Shown here: positions 1 through 9,737 of the stretch, one piece after another
Layout of the letters: each line of letters starts with the position of its first letter
How positions within the stretch are numbered: the stretch's first letter is position 1
Origin: Halobacteroidaceae bacterium
GTDB taxonomy: Bacteria > Bacillota > Halanaerobiia > B1SED10-174
Assembly: GCA_003554585.1 (NCBI GenBank)
Contig: PWGV01000093.1
Coordinates: 1,043-65,042, forward strand
Reading direction: 5' to 3'
Length of the DNA: 64,000 bases
Program-made: the position numbers and the translations under genes
The notes under the pieces: model-generated
Databases searched by the model: none
The model's input: the letters and a program-made list of their open reading frames with translations, nothing else
Told to the model about the DNA's origin: nothing

Positions 1-472
1 GCAATCTCTTCATATGCCGAATACCACCAAGAAAGCGGTTCAAACGTTCTTTTTCTTTTTGCAACTGGATTACTTCTTTTTTGGGAAGGACTTCGAACAA
101 CCCTTCTTCTTCCATCTTTTCCAATTCTTCAAGCCTTTTGACCCGACGGTTAATTGTCTGGAAATTGGTGAGCATACCTCCCAGCCAGCGCTGGTTAACA
201 TAGGGCATCCCACACCTTTCCGCTTCTTTTTTCACCGTTTCCTGGGCCTGTTTTTTGGTCCCTACAAAAAGAATTTCTTTGCCATCCATGGCCAGATCGC
301 GGACAAAATTGTAGGCGACCTCAACCATTTTTACAGTTTGCTGCAGGTCAACGATGTAAATCCCGTTACGTTCAGTAAAGATGTAAGGCTTCATTTTGGG
401 ATTCCACCGCCTGGTTTGATGTCCGAAGTGGACACCCGATTCCAGAAGTTGTTTCATTGTTACCACTGCCAT
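1..472 (-). CDS. rpsB: 30S ribosomal protein S2 (3' part runs off the window)
   Basis: Manual translation from ATG at 472: [43 protein letters not shown], the S2 signature; SD GAGGAGG upstream. Not in the ORF track because no stop lies in the window. Confidence 0.97.
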   Translation of the reverse strand, partial: MAVVTMKQLLESGVHFGHQTRRWNPKMKPYIFTERNGIYIVDLQQTVKMVEVAYNFVRDLAMDGKEILFVGTKKQAQETVKKEAERCGMPYVNQRWLGGMLTNFQTINRRVKRLEELEKMEEEGLFEVLPKKEVIQLQKEKERLNRFLGGIRHMKRL

Positions 473-480
473 TTTTCATT

Positions 481-575
481 TTCCTCCTCTCGGTTTTTCC
501 TCTGATCCGGTCATCCTCATCTTAGGGAACCCTCGCAGGCACCACCCTTGGAGTTGCGGATCATGTGTTATTAAC
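481..575 (-). promoter_or_regulatory. rpsB 5' leader, probable S2 autoregulatory structure
   Basis: Leader of ~100 nt with pairing ends (TGATCC...GGATCA) between the promoter and SD; structured rpsB leaders are common in bacteria. Confidence 0.5.
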
Positions 576-583
576 CATTAGGT

Positions 584-612
584 AGTATACCACAGCGCGG
601 CTGAATAATCAA
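584..612 (-). promoter_or_regulatory. sigmaA promoter for rpsB
   Basis: TTGATT-17bp-TATACT with extended -10 TG. Confidence 0.75.
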
Positions 613-627
613 TAGAATTAAAGGGGT

Positions 628-1117
628 TTAAATAATTTTCTCTCCCTCATGGAAGGTTTTAATAATCAATTCTCCGGATTCCGGGGAAAATTTAATTGTA
701 CGGCCGGATTTCCCCCCCGCAATCTATCCCCTTGAGGGAAATTTTCTTTTCCTTCAGGATTTCCCTGACTTTTTCTGTATTGCGTTCTCCAATACGCCCG
801 ATGTCGTTATCGGTATCAAAGGAGAACATGTGGGCTCCCCCTGTTATTTTAGCCCACAACCGATTGGGTTTTGCTCCCCCTTGGCATAAGTCCTCAATTA
901 GTTTGGGAATAGCAGTATCGGCAGATTTGCCGAGTTTATCAGGGGAATTACCATTCCTTCCTGCTTCGGGCAAAATAATATGGGCAAGTCCCCCCATTTT
1001 CTTTTTCGCATCATAAAGAATGAGCCCGAAACAGGACCCGAGGCCCGTGCAGCCCAGAAAATCAGGAGATCCGGAAATTTTTAATTCACCCATTCGGACC
1101 TGGATCAGCCTGCTCAT
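628..1117 (-). pseudogene. cheD: chemoreceptor glutamine deamidase CheD, +1 frameshift in G7 tract near the 3' end (real or sequencing error)
   Basis: MSRLIQVRMGELK..GLGSCFG..GGLAHIILP..AKITGGAHMF..IGERN. Removing one G at 712-718 restores the C-terminus DCGGKSGRTIKFSPESGELIIKTFHEGEKII* ending at 628. Confidence 0.85.
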
Positions 1118-1730
1118 CGCTTTCAGCTCCAATTGCCTCGAGAATCTTTTCCAGGCTTCCCGGCTCGGGAACCAGGAAAAATTTACTGAAAATTTTATTA
1201 TCGCCTTCATAAAAGGATGTTTCCAGGAACAAGGCCCTGTCGCCAAATTGTCCTTCATGAGCAGCAATAGAACCCAGAACTGCTCCCGCCACGTCCAGGA
1301 CAAAGCTCGGCAAAGACTGGACACAGTTAAAGCCGGTCATTTTATTAATAGAATTCAAAAAAGAACCCGACAGAATATTGGCTATTTCCTGGATTGCTGA
1401 TTGTTCCATTTCTCCGCTGATATCCTCAGGCTCATAACCCAAAGCTAAAGTCAATAGCCGGTACGTGCTTTGCTCATCCACCAGATAAACAATTTTTCCC
1501 GGAGCTTCGCCCACCATTCTAAGTAAAACGCAACCTACCAGGCGTTCTTCCCCTCCCATAATTTCAGGGATTTCCTCCAGGGAAAGAACCCTGGCGGCAG
1601 GAACTTCCATTTTAATCTCTCGTTTTAGAAACTGGGCAAGTGCCGTAGCGGAATTCCCCGCACCAATATTGCCCACTTCCCGCAAAGCATCAATTTGAAA
1701 TGGGGTAAGCCGGCTAATTAGATCTGACAT
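1086..1730 (-). CDS. cheC: CheY-P phosphatase CheC
   Basis: Two CheC motifs, DALREVGNIGAGNSA and SAIQEIANILSG; adjacent to cheD. Confidence 0.93.
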   Translation of the reverse strand: MSDLISRLTPFQIDALREVGNIGAGNSATALAQFLKREIKMEVPAARVLSLEEIPEIMGGEERLVGCVLLRMVGEAPGKIVYLVDEQSTYRLLTLALGYEPEDISGEMEQSAIQEIANILSGSFLNSINKMTGFNCVQSLPSFVLDVAGAVLGSIAAHEGQFGDRALFLETSFYEGDNKIFSKFFLVPEPGSLEKILEAIGAESDEQADPGPNG

Positions 1731-1752
1731 TAATAAAACCCTCTCGCTGCGG

Positions 1753-2535
1753 TTAAAGGTCTATTTTTCTAATTTCCTCCATGAGGAACTCATTGAGAAT
1801 CTTGATGTAAGTCCCTTTCATGCCCAGGGAGCGAGATTCAATTACTCCAGCACTTTCAAACTTCCGCAGGGCGTTAACAATAACTGAGCGGGTTATCCCG
1901 GCCCGGTCAGCAATTTTACTGGCCACAATCAACCCTTCTTCTTCATCCAATTCGGCAAAGATGTGTTCAACAGCTTCAATTTCCGAGAAAGAGAGGCTTT
2001 CCAGGGCCATGTGCACAGCAGCTTTTTTCCGGGCTTTTTCTTCCATTTTTTCACTTCGGGAACGCAATATTTCCATACCCACAACTGCAGCAGCGTATTC
2101 AGCTAAAATTAAATCTCCCGGGCCAAATTCATTTTTAAACCTGGCCATAATCAATGTTCCCAGGCGTACTCCGCCCCCTTTTACCGGGACGATAGTTGTC
2201 AGCTTTGTGGAAAAAAGGCAGTCGCCCTTGAACTCAAAAACACATTTTCCATTTTCCTGTTCAATGTTTGCCTTGGTTTCATTTATGGAAACCAACTTGT
2301 TATTAAAATCTTCCGGAAAGTGTTTCTTTTCCAGGACCTCTTCAACCATAATCTCACATTCAAACTGATCAAGGAGATTATAGCCAAGTAATTTCCCTTT
2401 CTTGCTGACTACATAAATATTTGCCTGCAGTGCTTCGCTCAGTACCTGGGCCATTTCTGAAAAGTTTACTGGTTTTCCGGCCCCACCCAGAATTAGGTTA
2501 TTTATTCGCCGGGTTTTTTGGAGTAGATCTTCCAA
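1753..2535 (-). CDS. codY: GTP/BCAA-sensing global regulator CodY
   Basis: [44 protein letters not shown]; follows hslU. Confidence 0.98.
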   Translation of the reverse strand: MEDLLQKTRRINNLILGGAGKPVNFSEMAQVLSEALQANIYVVSKKGKLLGYNLLDQFECEIMVEEVLEKKHFPEDFNNKLVSINETKANIEQENGKCVFEFKGDCLFSTKLTTIVPVKGGGVRLGTLIMARFKNEFGPGDLILAEYAAAVVGMEILRSRSEKMEEKARKKAAVHMALESLSFSEIEAVEHIFAELDEEEGLIVASKIADRAGITRSVIVNALRKFESAGVIESRSLGMKGTYIKILNEFLMEEIRKIDL

Positions 2536-2555
2536 AATCCTCGACCTCCTTTTAT

Positions 2556-3947
2556 TTATAATATATATCGGCTTAAATCCTTGTCCTTTATAATACCTTC
2601 AAGCTGCTCCTTGACAAAAGTTTCATCAATTTCTATTTTTTCCCCTTTCAATTCCGGGGCCCGGAAAGAAATATCTTCAAGGAGTTTTTCCAAGACTGTG
2701 TGCAGCCGTCTGGCTCCAATATTTTCCATCTGTTCATTAGCCAGCCGGGCAATCCGGGCCAGTTCTGCTATTCCTGATTTGGCAAATTCAATTTCAACTT
2801 CCTCTGCATTCAAGAGAGCCACATACTGCTTGATCAGAGCATTCTGCGGTTCAGTCAGTATCTGGCGGAAATCTTCCTCGCTCAGGCTTTCCAGTTCCAC
2901 CCTGATAGGGAACCGCCCCTGCAGTTCAGGAATTAAATCGGCAGGTTTGGCCATGTGGAAAGCTCCCGCAGCGATAAAGAGGATGTGGTCTGTTTTAACC
3001 GGCCCGTGTTTTGTAATCACAGTGGAACCTTCAACAATCGGAAGAATATCCCTCTGCACACCCTCCCGGGAAACATCGGGTCCTTGGCTATTCTCTTTTC
3101 CCGCAATTTTGTCAATTTCATCAAGGAAAATTATCCCGCTCTGTTCCACTCTCTCCTTGGCTTCTTCGGTTACTTCGTCCATATCAATAAGCTTCTGTGC
3201 TTCCTGTTGTTTTAATATCTCCCGGGCCTGTTCAATACTAACTCTTCTTTTCTTCTTTTTTTTGGGAAACATGCCTCCGAAAAGATCCTGCATGTTGATC
3301 CCCATTTCTTCAACACCCTGGCCAGAAAAAATTTCCAGCATGGGAGAATGACTGGATTCAACCTCAATTTCAATCACGTGCTCTTCCAGTTCACCCGAGC
3401 GGAGTTTTTCTCTTAATCTTTCTCTCCGGGAACGAAGCCTTTCCTGGGCTTCGCTTTCTTCCTTGTCTTCATCCCCATTATCTTCCCCGGAAGAAGTTAG
3501 AAAAAGGTTAAAGGGATTGCTTGTTTTTTTCTTGGCAGGCATCAGGTAATCCATTAGCCTATCTTCGACCAGTTCTTCCGCCTTGTCTTCCACTTCTCTC
3601 ATCTTTTCCTGTTTTTCCATCTGGATTGCGTTTTCCACCAGGTCGCGAATCATGGATTCGACATCCCGGCCTACATAACCAACTTCAGTAAATTTGCTTA
3701 CCTCCACCTTGATAAATGGAGCACGAACCAGGCGGGCTAACCTGCGGGCGATTTCGGTTTTTCCCACACCGGTTGGGCCAATCATCAAAATATTCTTGGG
3801 CAAAATTTCTTCCCGCAGTTCATCTTCCAGTAATCGGCGGCGGTACCGGTTACGAAGAGCAATTGCAACGGCCTTTTTGGCCTGGTTCTGCCCAATAATA
3901 TATTTATCAAGTTCATTTACAGTTTGTCGAGGAGTTAAATCTTCCAA
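2556..3947 (-). CDS. hslU: ATP-dependent protease ATPase subunit HslU (ClpY)
   Basis: [42 protein letters not shown]. Confidence 0.98.
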   Translation of the reverse strand: MEDLTPRQTVNELDKYIIGQNQAKKAVAIALRNRYRRRLLEDELREEILPKNILMIGPTGVGKTEIARRLARLVRAPFIKVEVSKFTEVGYVGRDVESMIRDLVENAIQMEKQEKMREVEDKAEELVEDRLMDYLMPAKKKTSNPFNLFLTSSGEDNGDEDKEESEAQERLRSRRERLREKLRSGELEEHVIEIEVESSHSPMLEIFSGQGVEEMGINMQDLFGGMFPKKKKKRRVSIEQAREILKQQEAQKLIDMDEVTEEAKERVEQSGIIFLDEIDKIAGKENSQGPDVSREGVQRDILPIVEGSTVITKHGPVKTDHILFIAAGAFHMAKPADLIPELQGRFPIRVELESLSEEDFRQILTEPQNALIKQYVALLNAEEVEIEFAKSGIAELARIARLANEQMENIGARRLHTVLEKLLEDISFRAPELKGEKIEIDETFVKEQLEGIIKDKDLSRYIL

Positions 3948-3962
3948 CTTCAGGCCTCCTTT

Positions 3963-4505
3963 TTAATTCACAACTTCAACCCGGATCTGATCATTAGTAT
4001 AAATACAAATATCAGAAGCAATTTTCATTGCTTCCCGGGCAATTTCCTCTGCTTCTAAACCCGTATGGCCAATTAAGGCCCGGGCTGCAGCCAGGGCATA
4101 GGCTCCTCCCGAGCCAATTGCAGCGATGTCATCATCTGGTTCGATAACATCGCCGGTGCCCGAGATGACAAACATCTCCTCCCGGTCAGCAACAATTAAC
4201 AATGCTTCAAGCCGGCGAAGCATCCTGTCCGTTCTCCACTCCTTGGCCAGTTCTACAGCAGCCCGTTTTAGATTCCCCTGATAACTTTCGAGTTTCCCCT
4301 CAAACTTCTCAAAAAGGGTGAAAGCATCTGCCGATGCTCCTGCAAAACCCGCGACCACCTTCCCTTCATAGAACCGCCTGACTTTATTTGCTCCCTTTTT
4401 CATTATCGTGTTTCCCATCGAAACCTGCCCGTCACCAGCGATGGCCAGGCTTCCATTTTTTCTTACTGCCAGAATGGTTGTCGCTTTCATCGAAATGGCC
4501 TCCAT
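3963..4505 (-). CDS. hslV: ATP-dependent protease peptidase subunit HslV (ClpQ)
   Basis: [38 protein letters not shown]. Confidence 0.97.
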   Translation of the reverse strand: MEAISMKATTILAVRKNGSLAIAGDGQVSMGNTIMKKGANKVRRFYEGKVVAGFAGASADAFTLFEKFEGKLESYQGNLKRAAVELAKEWRTDRMLRRLEALLIVADREEMFVISGTGDVIEPDDDIAAIGSGGAYALAAARALIGHTGLEAEEIAREAMKIASDICIYTNDQIRVEVVN

Positions 4506-4508
4506 TAA

Positions 4509-5846
4509 TTATTTTCCCCCCGGATGCTCAGAAAAGGGTCCTAAAAGGTCAAATCTATCAATAAACCCCCCTAAAGCTTCCCGGGCAATAACCACCTGTT
4601 TTTCTCTTCGTTCTTCTTTCTTTTTAATCCTCTTTTCTGGTTGAGGCAAAAGCCCAAAATTCATATTTATAGGCTGAAAATTTTTATTTGGGGTCGTAAT
4701 ATAATCGATTAAACTCCCCAGAGCTGTTTCTCGCGGAGGGATAAGGGGTTCTTGCCCCCGGGCCAAAAGAAAAGCATTAATACCCGCCCACAGACCCGTT
4801 ATTGCCGATTCCAGGTAACCTTCAACACCGGTAAGCTGACCGGCACAAAAAACATTGGGCCGGGCCTTTAGCTGCAGTGTGGGTTGCATTGCCGAAGGGG
4901 AATCAATAAAAATATTGCGGTGCATTACCCCAAACCTGGCAAATTCGGCATTTCCAAGGCCAGGGATCATCCGAAAAACCCTTTTCTGTTCGGACCATTT
5001 GAGCCGGGTTTGAAAACCCACCAGATTAAAAAGTGTTCCTTCTTTATTATCACGCCGGAGTTGAACTACCGCAAAAGGCCTTTTTCCCTCCCGGTCCTTT
5101 AAACCAACCGGTTTTAATGGGCCAAAAGCAAGGGTTTTATACCCTTTTTTAGCCAGGTTTTCTAAGGGCATGCACCCGGAAAAAAGTTTTTTTTCTTCGA
5201 ATCCATGCAGGGGCACTACTTCTGCTTGGATCAGTTCATTGTAAAAATCTTGGTACTGTTCTTCGGTCAGGGGGCAGTTAATATAATCAATGCTCTGTTC
5301 TTCATAACGGGCCCCGTAAAAAGCAATATCCATATCTATGGTATCTGAATAAACTAAAGGGGCAGCGGCGTCAAAAAAATAAAGGCTTTGCTGCCCTGTT
5401 AATTCCTGCAGTTTTTGGGTTAATGGCTCTGACGTAAGAGGACCAGTAGCCACAATGGTTATATTATTTGAAGAAATTTCAGTAACTTCTTCCCGGCAAA
5501 TTTCCACCAGGGGGTGTTCTTCCAGGCGGCGGGTAATTTCCAGGGGGAATTTTTGCCGATCCACGGCAAGAGCATTACCTGCTGGAACCCGGGTTTTGCG
5601 GGCCACCTCTAACAGCAGGGAATTGAATTTTTCCAGTTCAAGTTTTAAAACCCCTCCGCCGGTGCTTGTTTTTTCTGAACCCAGGGAGTTGCTGCAAACA
5701 AGTTCTCCCAGATAAGAGGTGTGATGAGCAGGGGTGTTTTTTTGCGGGCGCATCTCGTAAAGTCTGACTGGTTCGCCCCGGCAGGCAAGCTGCCATGCAG
5801 CTTCCGCTCCAGCAAGCCCCCCTCCTATTATTTCAATCTTTGCCAC
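4509..5846 (-). CDS. trmFO: methylenetetrahydrofolate-tRNA-(uracil-5)-methyltransferase TrmFO
   Basis: IIGGGLAGAEAAWQ, ELVCSNSLGS, NLVGFQTRLKW, GQLTGVEGY. Start moved to GTG 5846 behind an SD. Confidence 0.95.
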   Translation of the reverse strand: MAKIEIIGGGLAGAEAAWQLACRGEPVRLYEMRPQKNTPAHHTSYLGELVCSNSLGSEKTSTGGGVLKLELEKFNSLLLEVARKTRVPAGNALAVDRQKFPLEITRRLEEHPLVEICREEVTEISSNNITIVATGPLTSEPLTQKLQELTGQQSLYFFDAAAPLVYSDTIDMDIAFYGARYEEQSIDYINCPLTEEQYQDFYNELIQAEVVPLHGFEEKKLFSGCMPLENLAKKGYKTLAFGPLKPVGLKDREGKRPFAVVQLRRDNKEGTLFNLVGFQTRLKWSEQKRVFRMIPGLGNAEFARFGVMHRNIFIDSPSAMQPTLQLKARPNVFCAGQLTGVEGYLESAITGLWAGINAFLLARGQEPLIPPRETALGSLIDYITTPNKNFQPINMNFGLLPQPEKRIKKKEERREKQVVIAREALGGFIDRFDLLGPFSEHPGGK

Positions 5847-7908
5847 CTTTATCCTCTCCCTGAACATAATCACATTCTTCCCGGGCACAAACTTTTTTTA
5901 CACCTTTTTTATTTCTTTTTTCCAGCAAAAAGGCTCCGCACCTGGGACAATTTTCCGCCAGGGGACGGGACCAGGTAACATAATCACAATCAGGAAACTG
6001 ATCGCAACCGTAAAAAGTTCTTCCCTTTTTACTACGTCGCTGGACAATTTTCCCTTCACCACATTTAAAACAATCAATGTCCTCCAGGATCATGTAGGGC
6101 TTGGTATTGCGACATTCGGGAAACCTGGGACAGGCCAGAAATTTTCCGAATCTTCCATGCTTGATAACCATTTTGGCTCCGCACTTTTCACATTCGATAT
6201 CGGTTTCTTCATCTTCAATATCAACTTCCTGCATTTGCTCCTGGGCTTTTTCCAGCTTAACTTTAAAGTCCTCATAAAAATCCTGCAAAATTTTAACCCA
6301 GTCTTCCTGGTTTTCTTCTACTTTATCCAGTTTTTCTTCCATCTGAGCGGTGAAATGGACTTCAGTTATTTCCGGGAAAAAGGAAACCAGGAGATCATTG
6401 ACTTTAAATCCCAGCTCCGTGGGCTTAAAACGGCGTTCTTCACTAACAATATAACCCCTTTGCTGGATTGTGCTAACAATTGGGGCATAAGTGGAGGGTC
6501 GCCCAATTCCCTTTGCTTCAAGCTCTTTGACCAGGGTTCCCTCTGTAAAGCGCGGGGGTGGCTGGGTAAAGTGCTGCTCTTCCCCCAGCTTATTTAATTT
6601 TGCTTCCTCCCCTTCTTTTAATTCCGGGAGAATATTCTCTTCAATATTTTCAGCACCGAGAACTTTTAAAAACCCGGGAAAGATAACCTGAGACCCGTTG
6701 GCCCTAAAAACAAATTTTCCTCCCTGGACATCAACGTTTAGACCAAAAAATACAGCGGGTTCCATCTGGCTAGCAATAAATCGGTTCCAGATTAACCGGT
6801 ACAGTTTAAACTGATCCTTATTCAAATAGGTTTTTGCATCTTCAGGGGTGAGGGTGGGGTCAGTAGGCCTGATTGCTTCATGAGCATCCTGGCTTCCCTT
6901 TTTTCCCCGGTACTGCTGGGCTTTAGCAGGAAGATACTTTTCCCCAAATTTTTCTTTAATTATCTTTCTGGCAGATTTTTGAGCAACAGGAGAAGTTCTG
7001 ACTGAATCCGTCCGCATATAGGTTATGAGTCCTGTTTGCCCCCTGCCACCAATCTGCAAACCTTCATAAAGCTGTTGGGCCACAGCCATGGTTTTGCGGG
7101 CAGTAAAATTGAGGCGCTTAATGGCCTCCTGCTGGAGAGTACTGGTAATAAAAGGAGGCAGCGGCCGCCTTTTTCGCTTGCGTTCCTTGATTTTGGCAAT
7201 TTTATATTCTTCTTTTTTAATTTCTCCAAGGAGTTTTTTGGCCTGTTCCTCGTTTTTTACCTTTACTCTCTTGCTATCAATGCGGAAAAGTCGGGCTTTA
7301 AAGTTCCCCTTGGGAGCCTTGAAATGCCCGGTTATGGTCCAGTACTCTTCTGGTTCAAATTTTTCTATTTCTCTTTCTCTCTCGCAGACCAATCGCACAG
7401 CCACAGTCTGGACCCTTCCTGCACTTAACCCTTTTTTTACCTTTTTCCAGAGGAGCGGGCTCAATTTATAACCTACAAGTCGGTCTAAAATGCGCCTGCC
7501 CTGCTGGGCATCAACCAGTTTCCCATCAATATCCCGGGGTTTTTCCATGGCTTTTTTCACTGCATCCTTGGTTATTTCATTAAAAACCACCCGGCATTTT
7601 TGATTGGGGATTGCAAGGGCACGTTTGAGGTGCCAGGAAATAGCCTCTCCCTCCCGGTCCGGGTCAGTTGCCAAAAAAACTTCATCAGCTTTTTGAGCCT
7701 CTTTTTTCAGGTGAGACAAAATTTTCCCTTTACCTCTGATTGTAATATAGTGGGGACGGAAATTGTTTCCGATATCCACTCCCAGCTTGCTTTTGGGAAG
7801 ATCAATCAAATGGCCCATGGAAGCTTCAATAGAGTATTTTTTTCCCAAAAACCTCTTGAGAGTCCGGGCTTTGGCTGGAGATTCGACTATAACAAGCTTA
7901 CTTGCCAT
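5833..7908 (-). CDS. topA: DNA topoisomerase I
   Basis: LVIVESPAKA, LATDPDREGEAISWH, ITYMRTDS, GIGRPSTY, C-terminal Zn ribbons. Confidence 0.98.
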   Translation of the reverse strand: MASKLVIVESPAKARTLKRFLGKKYSIEASMGHLIDLPKSKLGVDIGNNFRPHYITIRGKGKILSHLKKEAQKADEVFLATDPDREGEAISWHLKRALAIPNQKCRVVFNEITKDAVKKAMEKPRDIDGKLVDAQQGRRILDRLVGYKLSPLLWKKVKKGLSAGRVQTVAVRLVCEREREIEKFEPEEYWTITGHFKAPKGNFKARLFRIDSKRVKVKNEEQAKKLLGEIKKEEYKIAKIKERKRKRRPLPPFITSTLQQEAIKRLNFTARKTMAVAQQLYEGLQIGGRGQTGLITYMRTDSVRTSPVAQKSARKIIKEKFGEKYLPAKAQQYRGKKGSQDAHEAIRPTDPTLTPEDAKTYLNKDQFKLYRLIWNRFIASQMEPAVFFGLNVDVQGGKFVFRANGSQVIFPGFLKVLGAENIEENILPELKEGEEAKLNKLGEEQHFTQPPPRFTEGTLVKELEAKGIGRPSTYAPIVSTIQQRGYIVSEERRFKPTELGFKVNDLLVSFFPEITEVHFTAQMEEKLDKVEENQEDWVKILQDFYEDFKVKLEKAQEQMQEVDIEDEETDIECEKCGAKMVIKHGRFGKFLACPRFPECRNTKPYMILEDIDCFKCGEGKIVQRRSKKGRTFYGCDQFPDCDYVTWSRPLAENCPRCGAFLLEKRNKKGVKKVCAREECDYVQGEDKGGKD

Positions 7909-7922
7909 CCTATCTCGTCCCT

Positions 7923-8408
7923 TCAGTTGATATAGAATTTGGCTTCCCGCATAAAGGGTTTGAATTCAGGAATTAAACGGGCCAGCATTGCCAGATCTTC
8001 CTCGGGTAAAACCTTCTGTAACCCCTGCCAAAGGACCGAAGAATCTATGGGTGGTTCCTGGTCATTGAACAGGGTCAAAAGCAAATATTCCCATTTTTGC
8101 AGGTCCAGTAAACCCGAGGTCTGAACCTGCAGGAGGACCCCCACAGCTTCCCTGGTTAATTGCATTTTCTCATCGGCTGTTAAAAGGCGAAGCCGGGAAG
8201 TTGATAGTTCCACTCCTGCCAGGGGAGTAAGGTCAATTACATTCTGCTGTTGCTGAGCAAAAATCAACTGGAATGCTGTATCAATATCTTCAAGGGGGTA
8301 TCCTTCATCCAGAAGATATTGAATGAGTTCTTCTTTTTTGACGGAAATCTCTTCATCGGAAATTTTCTCCATCAAAATATTTAAAATTTGCGCCACATTA
8401 TTATTCAA
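7923..8408 (-). CDS. DUF494/Smg-like protein
   Basis: LIQYLLDEGYPLEDIDTAF and RLLTADEKMQLTREA resemble Smg; located upstream of topA. Start placed at TTG 8408 after SD GGAGG. Confidence 0.7.
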   Translation of the reverse strand: MNNNVAQILNILMEKISDEEISVKKEELIQYLLDEGYPLEDIDTAFQLIFAQQQQNVIDLTPLAGVELSTSRLRLLTADEKMQLTREAVGVLLQVQTSGLLDLQKWEYLLLTLFNDQEPPIDSSVLWQGLQKVLPEEDLAMLARLIPEFKPFMREAKFYIN

Positions 8409-8437
8409 GAATACCCCTCCTTCCATACTAATATTAT

Positions 8438-8466
8438 ATTATAGGGGTTCGCGGAAAGTTTGTAAA
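8438..8466 (-). promoter_or_regulatory. sigmaA promoter for the smg-topA operon
   Basis: TTTACA-17bp-TATAAT. Confidence 0.7.
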
Positions 8467-8476
8467 GATAAGTTAG

Positions 8477-8941
8477 CTATCGTAAAAAATCAATTTCTCC
8501 CTTTACCCTTTTTAAATACCTGATCAGGGGGTAACCAAGTCCCAGGATAACAATAGCCTGGCTTATGGTTATGCTTATTGCTACCTCCCAGTAGGGCAGG
8601 TCAAAAAGGAGATGTAAATAGGCACTGACCAAAAATCCATTGAGCACAATAGGGCTGAGATAAGCCAGGAAATTTCTCCGAAAAAGGTAGGTTAAAAAGG
8701 CTGCCAGTAAAGAAATCAAACTTCCCAGGCCAATATCCACCAGACCAAGCCCACCAAAAATGTTGGCAATTAAAACCCCGGCAAATATTCCGGGGACGGC
8801 TTCAAAATAAAGTATTGGCAGAACAGTCAAAGCTTCTGCAACCCTGAGCTGAATGGGGCCAAAACTGATTGCCTGCAAAAGAAAGGTTATAACAATATAA
8901 AGAGCTGCAATTATTCCCGCCCGGGCAATTTTTTTAGTCAA
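8477..8941 (-). CDS. QueT-family transporter (ECF S-component)
   Basis: IAALYIVIT..ISFGPIQLRVAEALTVLP..AVPGIFAGVLIANIFG; hydrophobic; start TTG overlaps the rnhB stop. Confidence 0.85.
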   Translation of the reverse strand: MTKKIARAGIIAALYIVITFLLQAISFGPIQLRVAEALTVLPILYFEAVPGIFAGVLIANIFGGLGLVDIGLGSLISLLAAFLTYLFRRNFLAYLSPIVLNGFLVSAYLHLLFDLPYWEVAISITISQAIVILGLGYPLIRYLKRVKGEIDFLR

Positions 8942-9737
8942 AAAGGGTCCCTCCTTTTTGCCTTTTTGCTTCTCGTACAGGAGCAAAAGACAACCGATGA
9001 ATAGGGGTCGGTCCCTTTAATTTTAAAGCTTCCAGGTGGTCCGGACTTCCATAGCCCTTGTTGTGGACCAACCCATAACCCGGGTAAACCGTATCCAGAT
9101 AATCCATTATCCAGTCTCGCAGCACCTTGGCTACGATTGAAGCAGCGGCAATAGATAAGGATTTATAATCTCCGCCAATTATTGTAGACTGGTTGATCTC
9201 TAAATTTTTTATCCTTTGATTGCCGTCAATTAAAACCCCGTCAATGTTTTTGTTAATCCCGCCAATGGCCATTTCCATGGCTTTTAAAGAAGCCTTGCCG
9301 ATATTCAAGCGGTCAATTTCCCCGGGCTCAACCAGCCCCAAACCTATGGAAATACTGAATTTATGAATCAGGCAAAACAATTCTTCTCTCTGGAACGAGG
9401 TCAATTCCTTGGAATCCTGTATACCATAAAGGGGGATTCGTTCAGGCAGGATAACTGCTGCCGCAACAACAGGTCCTGCGAGGGGTCCCCGGCCTACTTC
9501 ATCCACCCCCACCAGGTACTCCCCATTTTCATCGCGGAATTTGCGGTCAAAGGCTTCCATTTCCCGAAAATTCTTTATTCTTTCCTGACGCTGGTCCATT
9601 TCCTTTTGAAGTTTTCTTCCCAGTTTCTGCACTCCCGCCCTGTCATCATCTAAAAGAGCCTGCAAAAGGTCCCGGGAATATACATTCTTTTCCATTATCG
9701 CTTTTTTTATCTGGGAGATGGTAAGGTCTTTTAGCAA
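8934..9737 (-). CDS. rnhB: ribonuclease HII
   Basis: GVDEVGRGPLAGPVVAAAV, DSKEL, SIAAASIVAKV, NKGYG. Confidence 0.97.
   Translation of the reverse strand: MLKDLTISQIKKAIMEKNVYSRDLLQALLDDDRAGVQKLGRKLQKEMDQRQERIKNFREMEAFDRKFRDENGEYLVGVDEVGRGPLAGPVVAAAVILPERIPLYGIQDSKELTSFQREELFCLIHKFSISIGLGLVEPGEIDRLNIGKASLKAMEMAIGGINKNIDGVLIDGNQRIKNLEINQSTIIGGDYKSLSIAAASIVAKVLRDWIMDYLDTVYPGYGLVHNKGYGSPDHLEALKLKGPTPIHRLSFAPVREAKRQKGGTLFD

Noticed and set aside
14-505. 163-aa plus-strand ORF
   Set aside because: Antisense shadow of rpsB.
1118-1324. N-terminal extension of the cheD ORF
   Set aside because: Overlaps cheC in another frame; CheD similarity begins at ATG 1117.
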